Source of the DNA: Vicugna vicugna
Lineage: Eukaryota
NCBI GenBank assembly: GCA_013265495.1
Contig: MU057959.1
Span: 385,202 to 438,688, forward strand
Reading direction: 5' to 3'
Length of the DNA stretch: 53,487 bases
A model generated the notes under the pieces. The model made no database searches. It saw only the letters and a program-made list of their open reading frames with translations, and was not told where the DNA came from. The position numbers and the translations under genes were made by a program. This document shows, in pieces, positions 1 to 12,839 of the stretch (within the stretch, counting starts at the first letter, position 1; the number at the start of each line of letters is the position of its first letter).

Positions 1-2107
1 GCACCGAGGGGTGAGCTTAATTAACTTAGCTAAACAAATGTATCTCTCAACACAAGGAAAATGACTGCCCTATTTCATCCTAATTTGCGAATTTAAGACG
101 GTACCTGTATGCTTATCAGCCATTCTCCTTGCCTTTTCCTCCTGGGAATCCACATTTGCAACATGTTACTCACAAGGAAATTTCCATAGATCAAGTGATG
201 ATTGGGTTTTTTTCGTAGACAAAGAAAAAGGTTTATCCAACAAAAATGGTAATGAAAGCAACCTAAGGCAATGATTAAAGAAATATATTTCAGAGTAAAA
301 GCCATTCTTTGTGGAGCTTGTTGGCGTTTATCCACCTTGAATTTGAGAAACCAAATAAGCATCAACTGTCATTTCTAGAGCAAAGTGAGTAAGTAGAATT
401 TGAAAAAATAAGAAAAAAAATCACTACGAAAAATAAGACGGAAAACTGAGGGCTTTTACACCTTGTTCAGAAACAGTACAAAATTACTCCATTTATTTTT
501 TGAATTCTTAGTTATGAGAAATAACCAAATCTATTTCTCAAGCAACACCAAGCCTGTAGATATTTGTTAGGGAACAAGTTGAAATCCTCATGAATGAAAC
601 AGAAGAGGATCGAAACGGAAATCTCCCATCAATTCCCGTTCTGTCTGAAGTTGGCAAATATCGCAGGTGGAGAACCCAACTCATTTCTCTTGGAAGGAGA
701 CGTGAAGATGTTTGAAAGTCACATTTGTCAAGGTCGGTGCATATTAAGGGAGCAAAAATCTGCCGTGTCCTGTGCATCCGTTTACTCAACAGAATTGTGT
801 TGTTTCCAGTAACTCCTAGCTCCAGTCCAGTAATTCCCATCGCCTCCCCAGTGTTGAGCACATGACATCCCGTGCTGATGGCGAGGTCTTTCCATTTGGA
901 CGTCAGTGTTCCTTCTTAGCGGTGAAACCTTGGGAAATTGACGTCTAACATATACACACCAGACACATGTTGGCTGGAGACTTCTAGTTGTTTACGTTAA
1001 CAGCTTATTTAAATAAACGTAACCTTTTTCTCGAAGACGTTCGTATCCAAGAACTAGACCAATAACAGTAGCAGCCCTTAAACTAAACTTATCATTATGT
1101 AACATGATCACAGGTGATCATTTAACTTCTTTCTATACCTGAGATTGGCGTGACAGTCTGGTTTCTTGGGGAACATCGAATGATGTGCGGTTTTGTTGGA
1201 TCCCGAGATTAAAACGTAGACTTGCTGTGGGATTGTGTGTTACGTGCTCAGGGTGGCTCTAAGGACAGCTCCCTCTCTCAATCAGTGAGGGTGACGCTGG
1301 CTCTGAATCCTCTCAGAGATCTTTGTTTATTCCAAAGTTTCACTCTTCATCCACCTGGAGAGTTATTTTTGGACTTCTTTATGAAACACCCATGGAACTG
1401 AACACCCACGGTGTGTCGGTGTGTCCCTGCGGTTCCGTCCAGACACCGGGTTCCATGTGCATCCGTTTGTGCTCACAGCTGCTTTCGTAATCTTCACTCA
1501 CCCTCGGCTGTCACTTCAGATTATTTTTAGGGATTTCCATCTGATTTATTATTAAAACACAGGCAGTATCCTCCTGGAGACGGAATACCGCCATGGAAAT
1601 ATATTCAGAAAACTCAAAAGCAGTTGCTCACTCGGTTTTTATTAAGTGTACATCATGTAGGTTGAATAATGCTAAAAAGGACTCTATGCACACAGAGAAT
1701 TTCGTATGATTCAAATTATTAAAATTACGGGAAGGTTCTTTGTCCAATCTGGATATGAATTCAAAATTTGAATCTGTAACAAAATCAGTGTTGTAGGATC
1801 CAAACACTGTTTTCAATTTACACCTGAAATATTCACTCATTTTACCCAGTAAAATGTAAGTCTGGTTACAAAGAAGGGAAGACAAACGAATGCCTATTAG
1901 CAGCTCAAATTTATTGACATTTCGATTGTAATAGTACCAAGTTATGTCAGAGTAATGAAAGGTGTGTAGAAAAATAAAACATTTATTTTACTTTCTGTTT
2001 ATAGAAAATGAACACATTCTGCTTAAATCAAGTGGTTGTTGAATTTAGTGTTTTTGTTCCACCAGAGGATGTTTTGTTTTGGGACAAGTGTTTAATGTGA
2101 GTTTACA

Positions 2108-2300
2108 AGATGATGGATAGATAGATGGATGAATGGATGGATGGATGGATGGATGGATGGATGGATAGGTAGGTAGGTAGGTAGATAGAAAGAAAGAAGA
2201 TACTTGGACAGGTAGACGGATAGATGGATAGAGATACATAGATGGATGGACAGACAGATAGTACATGGTAGATGGGTGGATAGAGGTAGACAGATAAATA
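2108..2300. repeat. Compound tetranucleotide microsatellite (GGAT/AGAT/AGGT)n
   Basis: Runs of gatg/gata/ggta units are directly visible; they give the low-complexity PSIH ORF at 2045-2266. Confidence 0.95.
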
Positions 2301-3227
2301 GGTGTTTATTAATTTAAAAATATTCTATGTAAGCTAAAGTCAGATCTTGACAAATGTATACAAAAGAATTCAACTCGGATTTTTATTGCACTTCGTATCT
2401 TTCTCAAAATTGTAACACAGTTAGACACAAACTTACCATAGAAGGTGTTCCTCCTTTGTGCATTATTTATAAAAGCACAGAGCGGACTATGAACTGCTAG
2501 GGAGACTCTCCCCAAAAGTCCAGCCGTGCATGCAGAGTTTTACTAAATCAACTTCTACCTTCAGCTCCTGCAATTCCTTTTATCTGCATTTCACTTTGCC
2601 TCTGAAGAATCGGTGTCACCCTGCAGTGTGTTTTCCAGGAACCTGGCGATACCCCCCAGCACTATTCTCTGCTGCCATAATTAATCATGCCTGCGCCTGG
2701 AACAGTCACCGCCCTGTTTCCTGAGCACAAGAGCTCCTGGAGGAAATCCAGGCGTAACTAATGTCAGCGGTCACGCTCCGTTCGCAGCTCCCTCCTTGGT
2801 GCAGGGCAGCGAGCACTTTGGAAGGAAAAGGGGGGCTACGTTGGACTGTGCAGTTTAAATTAGTCCCGCGTCTGGATGTTTGAACCAGAAGGCCGTTTGC
2901 CATCCCCGCATTTCTCGCGTGCAGCCCACAGTCACCTGCGCTCCGAACAGAAATGAACCCCACAGACAGACAAATGATCGAGGAATCAGCCAGCATTCCT
3001 TAAACGTGCTTCTTGGAACCCGCCTCCCTCACCCACACAGAGACAGATGCATCTGTCCAGGGTGTGACTGCCTTTTGAGACTCGTGTCATCGTTCGTGAA
3101 TTTCTCTGGATATCGTCGTGAATGCATTTCCACTCCTGGTGCCCCGTGAAGATGTCTTCTTACTTCACATGTTCCTACTTTCTAAACCTCGGCGGGACCC
3201 CCCCACCCCCCCACCTCCTTTCTGCAT

Positions 3228-3420
3228 CACGTTGCCGCATTATGCAAATAAAATACATCACACCCTGGTACGTGTAAATGTAAAATCGTCACCAAATGCG
3301 TTTAGGTAGATGTGTGTCACAGTGACAGGTGGCGTGCATTTGCAGGAGGAGTGAGTTTGGTGTTTACTGGAAATTCAGATTTAACTGTGCCTCCTGTATT
3401 TTATGAAACATGAAATCCAC
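3228..3420. mobile_element. MER53-like palindromic hAT MITE, degraded
   Basis: Left end 'gttgccgcattatgcaaataaaatac' and right part 'tgtttactggaaattcagatttaactgtgcctcctgtatttt' match the recalled MER53 consensus; ~190 bp. Confidence 0.65.
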
Positions 3421-3989
3421 CTCCTACCCCAGCTCACACGCACACACACACGTGCACACGCACACACCCCTCACCGATAAATGCAAGACTTCAGATATCA
3501 GCCCTAGAGGATGGGGACACCCAGGCACACAGAGAACTGGACGAAGATGTTACCTTACGTGTCCTTGGGATTTTCTTAGCCCTGAAGGGACGCCTGACCT
3601 CAGTCACGGCGGGTGATTGACATTAAATTTCACATGCTGAACTGCTTGCGGAAGGTCCCCCATCTGTGTTTACGGTGGCTCCCCTGGGGTGCTCTTTGCG
3701 TCCCGGCACAACCCTCCTGCAGCCCGGCAGACCCCGGCAGGCCGGCCACCGGCGTAAATGCACGGCCCTTTCATCGTCCGGCCTGGGTGGCACGTACGGT
3801 CCTTGTGAAAGAAGAGAAGGCTCACAAAGCTGAGGGAGGGGAGCCCACAGGGCTGGGTGGACACAAGCAGATTAAGAAACTAAGTCATAGTTCACACACA
3901 CGAAGACAGCTAGCGAATTTTTTTTTAATGAAAAATGAGTAGCTAGTCACAGAATAACTCATGTATTCACGGCCACTATTTTCTTATTT

Positions 3990-4207
3990 TAGGATTTCCA
4001 ACCCTTTCCGTCATGGCGCGCAGAGTGGACACTGTCAGCTTTGTGCACCACGTGGTCTGTTGCTCAGCCAGTCAGCGCTCTCTGCTTTGCTCAGCAGGAC
4101 ACCAGCCCCAGGAAATACAGAAATGAACAGGCAGGGCTGTGTCTCAGTAAAACTTTATTTATATAAAAACTGTTGGCAACAGGCAGGCCACAGTTTTTCA
4201 GCCCCTG
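3990..4207 (-). mobile_element. MER58A-like hAT-Charlie element
   Basis: 'ggctgtgtctcagtaaaactttatttat...cacagtttttcagcccctg' matches the reverse complement of the MER58A consensus and of the copy at 6281-6487. Confidence 0.7.
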
Positions 4208-4844
4208 ACGGAGACACTTAGAGCCATTATCACGACCCCGGGGTTAAAGCCGGGACGCCAAGTCCTGGAGATTAATCCATCAGCCTCACCCCCTCTTTCT
4301 TGCCCAGGAATTTAAGGTTGCTGGATACTAGTAAATCACTTCATAGCTAGGTTCAGAAACCTTGGAATAATCTTATTTATTCACGAATCGGATGACGCGT
4401 CTGAGCAAAACAGCCTTCTTCTCAGAATAACCGATCCTTAAGTGAATCACCTTGCTTTTCAGATCAGCTTTTGGGGATTCATTCCACAGGCCTCCGGTGG
4501 GAACAACCCCGCATGCTTGTCCACACGCCTTGTCCAAATTCACTGCGCCCCTGGCGTCCGAAGGGGGCCCGTCTGAAACTCGTGCGCTCAGACCTGCAGA
4601 CCCTGTGGACATTTTCCGCTGACTCCCCCAAAAGCTACCCCCGCTGCTGTGGTTGATCAGCACGATATCCTGAGCAGCCTCCTTCGAGGACTGGCTGTGG
4701 GCAGACAGAATAAACATTTGTTCCAAGTGAACCTTCCTTGTTCTCATATTGTCCCCTAGATCCAGAGAGAGACGGCTAGTCATCGCTCTTTAGGGGAAAA
4801 AATCAGAAAAAATGAACAATGTTCTGTATTAAAATCTTTGTCTT

Positions 4845-5437
4845 ATTTTTTTTTGGTATACGTTTTTAAATTCTTATTTTTTAATGAAGCATATTCAGCT
4901 TACAATGTTAGTTTCAGGCATACAGTGTAGTGATTCCATTATATATATATATTTATTAAATATANNNNNNNNNNNNNNNNNNNNNNNNNNNNNNNNNNNN
5001 NNNNNNNNNNNNNNAAATATAAATATATATTTATTTATATTTATATAAATATATATATTTATTAAATATATATATATTTCCCTTTCATACTCTTTTCCAT
5101 TATAGGTCATTACAAGACACTGAATGAAGTTCCCTGTGCTGTTTATCTATTTTATGTGTAATCTTGTGTACCTGTTAATCCCAAACTCCTAATCTGTCCC
5201 TCCCACCCCTTCCCTCTCTGGTAACCACAGTTTGTTTTCTACGTCTATGAGTCTATTTCTGGTTGGTAAATAAAATTTATATCTTTTTTTTTTCATTTCA
5301 CATAGAAGTGACATCATATGGCATTTGTCTTTCTCCGTCTGGCTTCCTTCACTTAGTATGACCATCTCTGGGTCCACCGGTGTTGCTGCAAACGGCATTA
5401 TTTCATTCACTTTTATGGCTGATTAATATTCCATTGT
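4845..5437 (-). mobile_element. 5'-truncated LINE-1 3' end (ORF2 C-terminus + 3'UTR)
   Basis: ORF 5189-5410 reads [21 protein letters not shown]-rich tail on the left; TSD aaatc(t/c)ttgtctt at 4832-4844 and 5438-5450. Confidence 0.95.
4965..5014. other. Assembly gap (50 N) inside a (TA)n tract
   Basis: Run of N flanked by TA-rich repeats. Confidence 0.99.
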
Positions 5438-5615
5438 AAATCCTTGTCTTCTGAACAAATGTTCAGTTTACTGCTTGTTCAAAATCAGAACAGAGGCTTC
5501 CTTGCAAACCAACATGAATTCATTATGAATCACTTTTTTGAGTCCATATTAAGTGAAAAGCCTTTGTATTCTATCCTTATCAAATTCCTCTGAGGAAAGA
5601 TTCACATGTTTAATA

Positions 5616-6253
5616 TTTTTTTTTATTGAGTTAGAGTAACTTTGCAATGTTGTGTCACTTCCTGGCTCACAGCACAATGCTTCAGTCATACATGTGCATA
5701 CATACATTCATTTTCACATTCTTTTTCACCATAAGTTACTACAAGATATTGAATATATTTCCCAGTGCTGTACAGTATAAACTTGTTGTCTGTCTATTTT
5801 ATATATAGTAATTAGCATCTGCAAATCTCGACCTCCCAATTTATCCCTCACCCACCTCCTTTCCTCTTTGGTAACAATCAGTTTGTTTTCTACATCTGTG
5901 AGTCTGTTTCTGGTTTGTAAATATGTTCAACTGCATCACTCTTTTAGATTCCACATATAAGTGATGTCATATGGTATTTTTCTCCCTCTGTCTTATTTAA
6001 CTTAGAGTGACGATCTCCAAGTCCATCCATGCTGCTGCAAATGGCATTATTTCATTCTTTTTCATGGCTGAGTAGTATTCCATTATAAATATATCACAAC
6101 TTCTTTATCCAGTCACCTGTTGATGGACATTTAAGTTGCTTCGGTGTCTTGGCTACTGTAAATACTGCTGCTCTGAACATTGGGGTGCAGGTGTCTTTTT
6201 GAATTAAGGTTCCCTCTGGATATGTGCCCAGGAGCGGGACTGCTGGATCATTG
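5616..6253 (-). mobile_element. 5'-truncated LINE-1 3' end
   Basis: Poly-T tail, then 3'UTR/ORF2-end sequence shared with the other L1 copies; TSD catgtttaata at 5605-5615 and 6254-6264. Confidence 0.95.
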
Positions 6254-6280
6254 CATGTTTAATAATGAGACTTACAGCAG

Positions 6281-6487
6281 CAGGCGTTGGCACCCGAGGG
6301 CTCCATCGGCCCGCCACTTGTATTTGTAACTAAAGTTTTATTGAACACACACATTTGTCACACGTTGTCTAAGGCTGCTTCCAGGCTACAGTGGCAGGGC
6401 TGACAGTCATGACAGAGGTGTGTGGCCCAAAAAGGTAAAAAATTTTCACTCTCTGGCCCTTTACAGAATAAAGGTGGCTGACACCTG
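6281..6487 (+). mobile_element. MER58A hAT-Charlie element
   Basis: cagg...cctg termini; internal 'taaagttttattgaacac' and 'ctggccctttacagaa' match the MER58A consensus. Confidence 0.85.
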
Positions 6488-7950
6488 GACTAGAAAAGTT
6501 ATCTTGCTTATGAAAAGCTGGAAGACAGCTAAGAAATTTGTGACCCTAACGTCCACTGTTTGAAATACGGTCTCTCCCGTTCTCCCCCATTGGTAGGAAC
6601 GTCTGAGCTATGAACTGTTGGCAAAGTGGCATGTTTTTAGCACCTTGTTAGAACAGTCCTGTTTCACCATTTCCAAATCTCCCCACATTTTGTTAGTTAG
6701 CAAAAGTTAGGAATTCCTCTCCAAGCTCTGTTAACTTCAGTTAGGAAATGAATTGTATCCCACTGCCATAGATGATAACGACTCTTTGTTTTTGTATGAC
6801 ATGTCAGGTTTTTTTTTTTTTTCCTAAAGCCACATGAGTATCGAGTAGGGTGCAGGACAGGTCCGCCAGGGAAAATCTGCTCTCAGTCGTTTCTCGAGGC
6901 CATCCCACTGGAAATAAAGACAGATTTTAAACTGCCAACAATTCACTAATTCTAGTCCTGGACTCCTTCAAAAAAGAATGTAAAATGTAAGGTGTATGCA
7001 CCTCCCTGAAGGTACTAAAAAGTGCGTGTGCAGTGCTTTAAGAGGAAGCAAAATGTGAGGTTTGAATAGTCACACCCCCTTTATCTGCCTGTGTATGTCC
7101 CATCTCACAGCCCTTTTTATAAATAAGTGTGTATAATGCGTATTTTTGTACACTTTGAGTTCACCGTTCTCTGCTTCTCTGAACCTCATCAAGAAAATCG
7201 CATATAATTTTAAATATAGCTACAAAGATCACGCTTTTGAAGGACGGGAGTTCTGTACTGCTTGGTCAATGAATTGCAACATGATAAGAATGATTTTTAT
7301 TATCCAGCATCAATTAAAATAATGCAGCTTAAATACAGATCTACCTGTTCTCCAAGCGGACGCTGTGTTTTTAATACAATACAGCACAATACATCTAGAG
7401 ATTTATTTGAACATTAGATTTTTGCCGCAGGTGACATTGTATGCAGCTAATTCCTTGCTACTTCTGTGCCCTGGCGTCTAGAAATGGTCAGATTTCTTTG
7501 GAAGCGACAGTCCTTCCCGCTGTGAAGCTAATTGCAGCTTTAACCCTAAACAAGAGTCATTCACGGCACCATCACGTTGAGAATATCCTCAGAATTCCCC
7601 TTGAGAAACAGACTCCTGTCTTCTGCTCAGGAGCATCCGCGAGCTCCCCAAACAGCCTTTGACCTGGGCAGCGACGTTGATCTCTGCTAAATGTATCTAC
7701 TTCCCCCTTTTTTTTTTTTTAATTATCTGCACCATTTGGCCCAGATTCAACCATCACGATGTGGAGCGTACAGTTTTTACGGGGTATTAGAAAGGGGCAC
7801 CCGTATCTCAGAAGGAAACTCATCTCTGCACTCCCCGACGGTACTCTCAAAATTCATCCCCACTTGCTAAAGGAAATGAGTACGTTATACAAAATACAGC
7901 TGAGAAGAAAGAAGAGCCATTTCCCTTAGAGGCCAGCCACCAGACACACC

Positions 7951-8356
7951 TGCTGGTAACACCTTACGGGAAGTACCTCCTTCCGGGTCCCTCGGGCACC
8001 TTCCCACGCTGACCAGCTAGTGACTGCACGGAAAGTCCTGAGAGTCAACCGTGGCTTTCCATCACTCCGCCATCCTTTGGAGGGGAGCTGAGTCTCTGAT
8101 TTGGCTTGAACAGGAGGGTGTCTGCAGACCTGCGACACTCATGCAGACTTGGAAAGGTCTTTCTGTGCCTCGTGGCTCCTGGATGCCACCACCGCCCTGC
8201 CTCGTCCCCTGGAGCAGCGCTCATGTGTCCCAGCTGAGGCCATCCTAGACCAGCCGGCCACCTGCCGACCCGTCCACTGGCCCCACACCCACACAGGAGC
8301 CTGGCCAGGGTCCTACAGATAAAGACTTTCTTCCCCTGGTAGGTTGCTATGCAGAT
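7951..8356 (+). mobile_element. MaLR solo LTR, MLT1H-like
   Basis: Diagnostic 'tcccagctgaggccatcctagaccagcc' and 3' 'ggttgctatgcag'; boundaries approximate. Confidence 0.55.
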
Positions 8357-8366
8357 GGGGGCCTCC

Positions 8367-8420
8367 GTGTGCGTGTGTGTGTGTGTGAGAGTGTGTGTGA
8401 GAGAGAGAGAGGGAGAGAGA
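8367..8420. repeat. (GT)n(GA)n microsatellite
   Basis: Visible dinucleotide runs. Confidence 0.95.
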
Positions 8421-8544
8421 CAAAGGACAAAGCTATGTCCACGTGCTAACAAAAACTTAACATTTTACCAGCCAAACACACTTGCCTCTTTTTGCCCCGT
8501 ACGGTGTTTCCCTCAGTACATCAAAAAACGATTTTACTCAAAGG

Positions 8545-8646
8545 CAGGAGGGTGAAGCACATGCTTTAGCATGCATGGGCTCCTAGGTTCAACCCGCAGG
8601 GCCGCCTCTAAAAATAAGTAAATAAACATAATTACAGCCCCACACC

Positions 8647-8676
<30 letters not shown>
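8545..8676 (+). mobile_element. tRNA-Ala-derived SINE (Vic-1 type) with the A-box segment deleted
   Basis: 'ggagggt|gaagcacatgctttagcatgcatgggctcctaggttcaaccc' followed by the 'aaataaacataattac' segment and an A/AAAAC tail. Confidence 0.8.
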
Positions 8677-8678
<2 letters not shown>

Positions 8679-8679
8679 T

Positions 8680-10875
8680 GTTACTCCCGTGTGTTCCAGG
8701 TTCCACTGCTCATGACTAGGAAAGTATGGTTATTATTCTTACCTTTTTTCTTGTTTTTCATGCATTTCTTTTTGGTGGCTCCTGCTATGATTTTATTTTT
8801 TATCTCAGGTCTTGAGCCCGTGGATTTACAACGTTCCTGAGTGAGGTATTCACGTCCTCCGCTGCAAGCTCACTGCGATTCCTGTCTCTCTACTCTGTCA
8901 TTTCTAACCAAGTTTTTCTTTCTTTTTTTTTTAATAGCTTTCATTTCTTTAAGTGCATGTTTTCTCTCTCTCATTCAATCTCGTTTTCTCTTCAGACTCC
9001 AAACATGCATCAATGAAGGCCCTTGAAATGGTTCCGTCATGTACAGATCCTGTTTATTTGTGTTTCATTTTCTTTCATTTACATAATTTTTATTACGGTG
9101 TACGAGTCTTTTCTTCTGTAGTGTGTAATTAGCTGTTAATCACACCCACTTTGTTTTTCACTTTCCATCTCAGACGTTACATATTTCCTTTCTGAGTCTG
9201 ATTTTTTCTGGTTTTTTTTCCTTTGTATCATTTCACACCTCTCCTCACCCTGTCTGTCCTCCAGCATCTAGAGGACATCAGAGCGCTTTTGAACTCACCC
9301 CATCCCGCGTGCTCTGAGTCTCCATTTCCACCAGTTGACTTTTCTACTTCTTTTGACTCACACTTTTCCTCCTTCCTTTGCATTCCTAGTAGTTTTTGAA
9401 ATTAAATTTCAGAGTCATTTCTATACCTTAGAGCCCTGTTTTTTTAATTTTTAAATATTCTTAGTACTTTCCTTACTCTTCTGGTTTTGATGAATGTGCT
9501 TCAAATCATCCATTCAGGTCTTGATTTTAAGATATTTTTTCACATATATATACATACTTTTTTTTATAGATTTCAAGGTGTTTATTTTTTTAACTGAAGT
9601 GTAGTTGATTAACAAGATGGTGTTAGTTTCAGGTGTGGAGCAAAGTGATTCATTATACATATATGTATATGTTTACACACAAGAATACATATATTATCAG
9701 ATTCTTTGCCATTATAAGTATTGCGAGCTACTGAATATAGTTCCCTGTGCTGCACAGCAGGTCCTTACTGTTTATCTGTTTTATATATAGTAGTGTGTAT
9801 CTGCTAATCCCAAACTCCTAACTTATCCCTCCCCACCTTTCCCCTTTGGTAACCATACATCTGTTCTCTATGTCTGTGAGTCTGTTTCTGTTTTGTAAAT
9901 AAGTTCACTTGTACTATTTTTAGATTCCACATATAACTGATATCATATAATATTTGTCCTTGTCTGTCTGTCTGATTTCACTTAGCATGATAATCTCCAG
10001 GTCCATCCACGTTGCTGCAAATGGCATTATTTCATTCTTTTTCATGGCCACGTAGTATTCCGTTATATAAATATACCACAGCTTCTTTATCCAGTCATCT
10101 GTTGATGGACATTTAGGTTGCTTCCATGTCTTGGCTACTGTAAATAGTGCTGCTATGAACACTGGGATGCATGTGTCTTCTCTAATTAGTCTTTTTGTCT
10201 TTTCTGCGTACATGCCCAAGGAGTGGGATTGCTGGATCATATCTTTAGTTTTTTAAGGAACCTCCATACTGTTCTCCCTGGTGGCTATGCCAGTTTGATT
10301 TTACCTTTTATGAGACTTGAACAAAGGCATCCTTTCACGTGGGGCTTATTTTGTCCCACTTTGAAGACACCCCCATCCAGAGACCCCTGGTGGCTGTGCC
10401 CTGTGTTAGGACCCCATCCCACTCTACATCTAGAGATGGTGGTGCCGTCCAGCCCCCTCTGTTGTTTCTTCCTGCACCTGGATCCTGTCCACTCTCCTGT
10501 GCCCATATCAGCACTCCATCGAGTCTTCACAGGGCTACCTTGGCACTTCTCCCATCTTGTTGCTTCCTTCTCTGCTGGACGTTTTCTTTCAAATTCTAGT
10601 TGTATTGGCCCCTCAAACTGCATCAGCCATCCTCTGCACATGAGAGATCTCTGGGCTCCGACTGTGTTCCAGTGCCCTGAGCAGCCGTAACTCAGGACCC
10701 CTTGTAGGGCGTAGTTATTTATTTTCTTTCTGTCGGTGATCACCACCTTGTGTCGTTTGCTGTCTACAGTCTGAAAAGAAAACTTGTTCTGTGATTTTGT
10801 CTGGTTCTCTCAGTTTTTCAGGTCATAGAGTAAATCCAGCCCTAGGAATTGCACCGTGTCCAGTACCAGAAGTCT
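8680..10875 (-). mobile_element. Ancient L1M 5'UTR/ORF1 region, split by a younger L1
   Basis: 8690-9530 resembles antisense L1M ORF1; 10295-10875 ends with the L1M 5'-end motif 'cagtctgaaaag...ttttgtctggttctctcagtt...gtaaatccagccc...ccagaagtc'. Confidence 0.6.
9530..10294 (-). mobile_element. 5'-truncated LINE-1 3' end nested in L1M
   Basis: ORF 9920-10240 ([37 protein letters not shown]) is the ORF2 C-terminus; candidate TSD ttgatttta at 9521-9529 and 10295-10303. Confidence 0.95.
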
Positions 10876-11809
10876 GGATATTCCAGGTTAATTTGGAGTG
10901 TTACGTTGAAGTTTTATCCTGCTTCCCATATTTTTTTGTGGGGGGGGAGGTGATTTTGATTAGCTAAAATATGTATAGAAAAGCCTGCTTTTTTGCTGCA
11001 AATTTCCTGAATGATACAGATTGGTTTCTAAGACTCCCACTTCAACTGAACCATTTTCTGCAAGCCTTGGGATGTTCAGTTCCTTTAAATGATGGTTTAT
11101 AGTTGTGGGTGGGGGAAGGGGAAGAAATCATTGGGATTATTTCCAATTAGGATTGTGCATCTTCAGTATTTGTTTTGCAAGTTTCTAAAGTCCATGTTTT
11201 TCTTTTATTTTGGAGGGGCAAAATGCACAAAGGGATCAGCAAGACCTGCCAGGCAGGGCCATTGCCTTCCTGCTTTTGCACTTCTGTAAAATGGCTTGCT
11301 TCTAGGAAAATGAAATTTACCCCTAAAATTCCATTGGTTCCCGAAAGCTCACTCCTAATTGGTCCATTTCTAACACTTCATTTGCATATAGTGCAAACTT
11401 AATGGAAAACTAAAACCTTACAAAAGCCTGTGTAAACCTACAGACGGGGTCCAGAGCTTGGAATGTTAGCTCCTCTGGGCCCGCCGGCGTGATAAACCTG
11501 AGTTCTCCAACTCTCCAAGTGCACTTGTCTCTCGAGAGGATTCAAGTTGCTGTCACAATATCTCTTCACCCCCTGCTCAAAAGATAGCATTTCACTCCTT
11601 TTTTTCAGCAGGCTTCGTCCCAAGAATTAACGCTTTCCCACGACTGCCATCATGAACCCTATAAATCTTCCATCTCTATTCCTGTAATCAGTGGTCTGAT
11701 GGTCCAGAACCCTTTATGAATGTTTTTATAGTTAGTGTGAATAGTTTATTTTTAGGAGGATATTAGGTCAGTCTTTGCTCATTGCTTGTCTTCTCATTTC
11801 CTTGCACTT

Positions 11810-11961
11810 GGGGGGGATTTCGTTTGTTTCGTTTTGTTGTGAGGGGGGAGGTAATTAGGTTTTCTGATTTATTTATTTTTAGAGGAGGTCCTGGGGATTG
11901 AACCCAGGACCTTGTGTATGCTAAGCATGCGCCCTACCACTTGAGCTAAACTCGCCTCCCC
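11810..11961 (-). mobile_element. tRNA-Ala-derived SINE (Vic-1 type)
   Basis: Reverse complement has A-box 'tagctcaagtggtag' and B-box 'gggttcaatcc'; TSD tctca(tt/ac)tccttgcactt at 11792-11809 and 11962-11979. Confidence 0.92.
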
Positions 11962-12781
11962 TCTCAACTCCTTGCACTTTGTCTTAGAACCTCTAATGAT
12001 CTACAAAAGATATTTTTTGGAGATATTATGGGAGGTTAGGAAATAAGCATTCAGGAAGCTGTTTTCTGGTTTTCTGCACTTTTCTTCTTACAGTTTATTT
12101 GAGGATTCTTCTCTTCCCTCATGTAGTGAAGTGGCAGGCGTGGGGTTTGGTTCATTTTATTTGGAGTTTTTCAGGAGGTTACTGTTTCTGGACTGTCCAT
12201 TTTTGGGGGAGGCTGTGTTCAGAGACATGGATTTAGCTGACCATCATGACATTGGTTTTCTCAATTTTTTAAAAAAATCTAGTCCAGTTTGTTATCCTAT
12301 AACACACACATATTTCAGTGTTCCTTTGAGACGACAGAAACGCTCCTGTTAACTTTGAGATGTTTGGTGTTCTCAGAAATTATTCAGTTATAATCAGTTG
12401 ACTTCTGAGCGATAGGCATTATTGGGGTGTCATCTTTTTCTTACCTTTCTTACCTTTTTCTTACAAGGACCACTAACCTATAATGTAGTTAACAGCAGTC
12501 TATTAGCAGAAGAGCTCCTGTGCCCTTTCCTTATCACTGAATAAAAAAAAAAAAAATCACCCAAGTCTCACAGTCCTGGAAAATAGGCTTATAAAGTATT
12601 CATTCCCTCATATTGACGGGTTGACCAAAGTTCTAAACATTTTGGTCAATTTCCAACATGTTGCTGGGGCATTTTTCTCCGTACCTTATTTGAATTCTGA
12701 AAAATTCTGAAGCACGGGGACTTTTTCATTCAAACATTAATCCCAGAGGGATGTATAAAGATTTCTGAGGACGTTTTAAGC

Positions 12782-12784
<3 letters not shown>

Positions 12785-12836
<52 letters not shown>
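12785..12836. repeat. Perfect (CA)26 microsatellite
   Basis: Uninterrupted 52-bp CA run. Confidence 0.98.

Positions 12837-12839
<3 letters not shown>

Noticed and set aside
93..1885. ORFs at the window start as exons or a transposase remnant
   Set aside because: No recognisable protein motif or consistent splice structure; left unannotated.
3228..3420. MER53-derived miRNA hairpin and the octamer at 3242-3249
   Set aside because: The two arms have diverged so far that a long stem is not evident; the octamer arises from decay of the element's end.
4455..4715. Possible terminal exon (acceptor-like 'ttgcttttcag', AATAAA at ~4709)
   Set aside because: Such motifs occur often by chance; no coding similarity or upstream exon was found.
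10223..10746. 153-155 aa ORFs on both strands
   Set aside because: They lie within a degraded L1M 5' region; no recognisable protein.
12621..12649. Short hairpins (also near 1104-1121, 25395-25419, 43148-43187)
   Set aside because: Stems of 8-9 bp are expected by chance in 53 kb.
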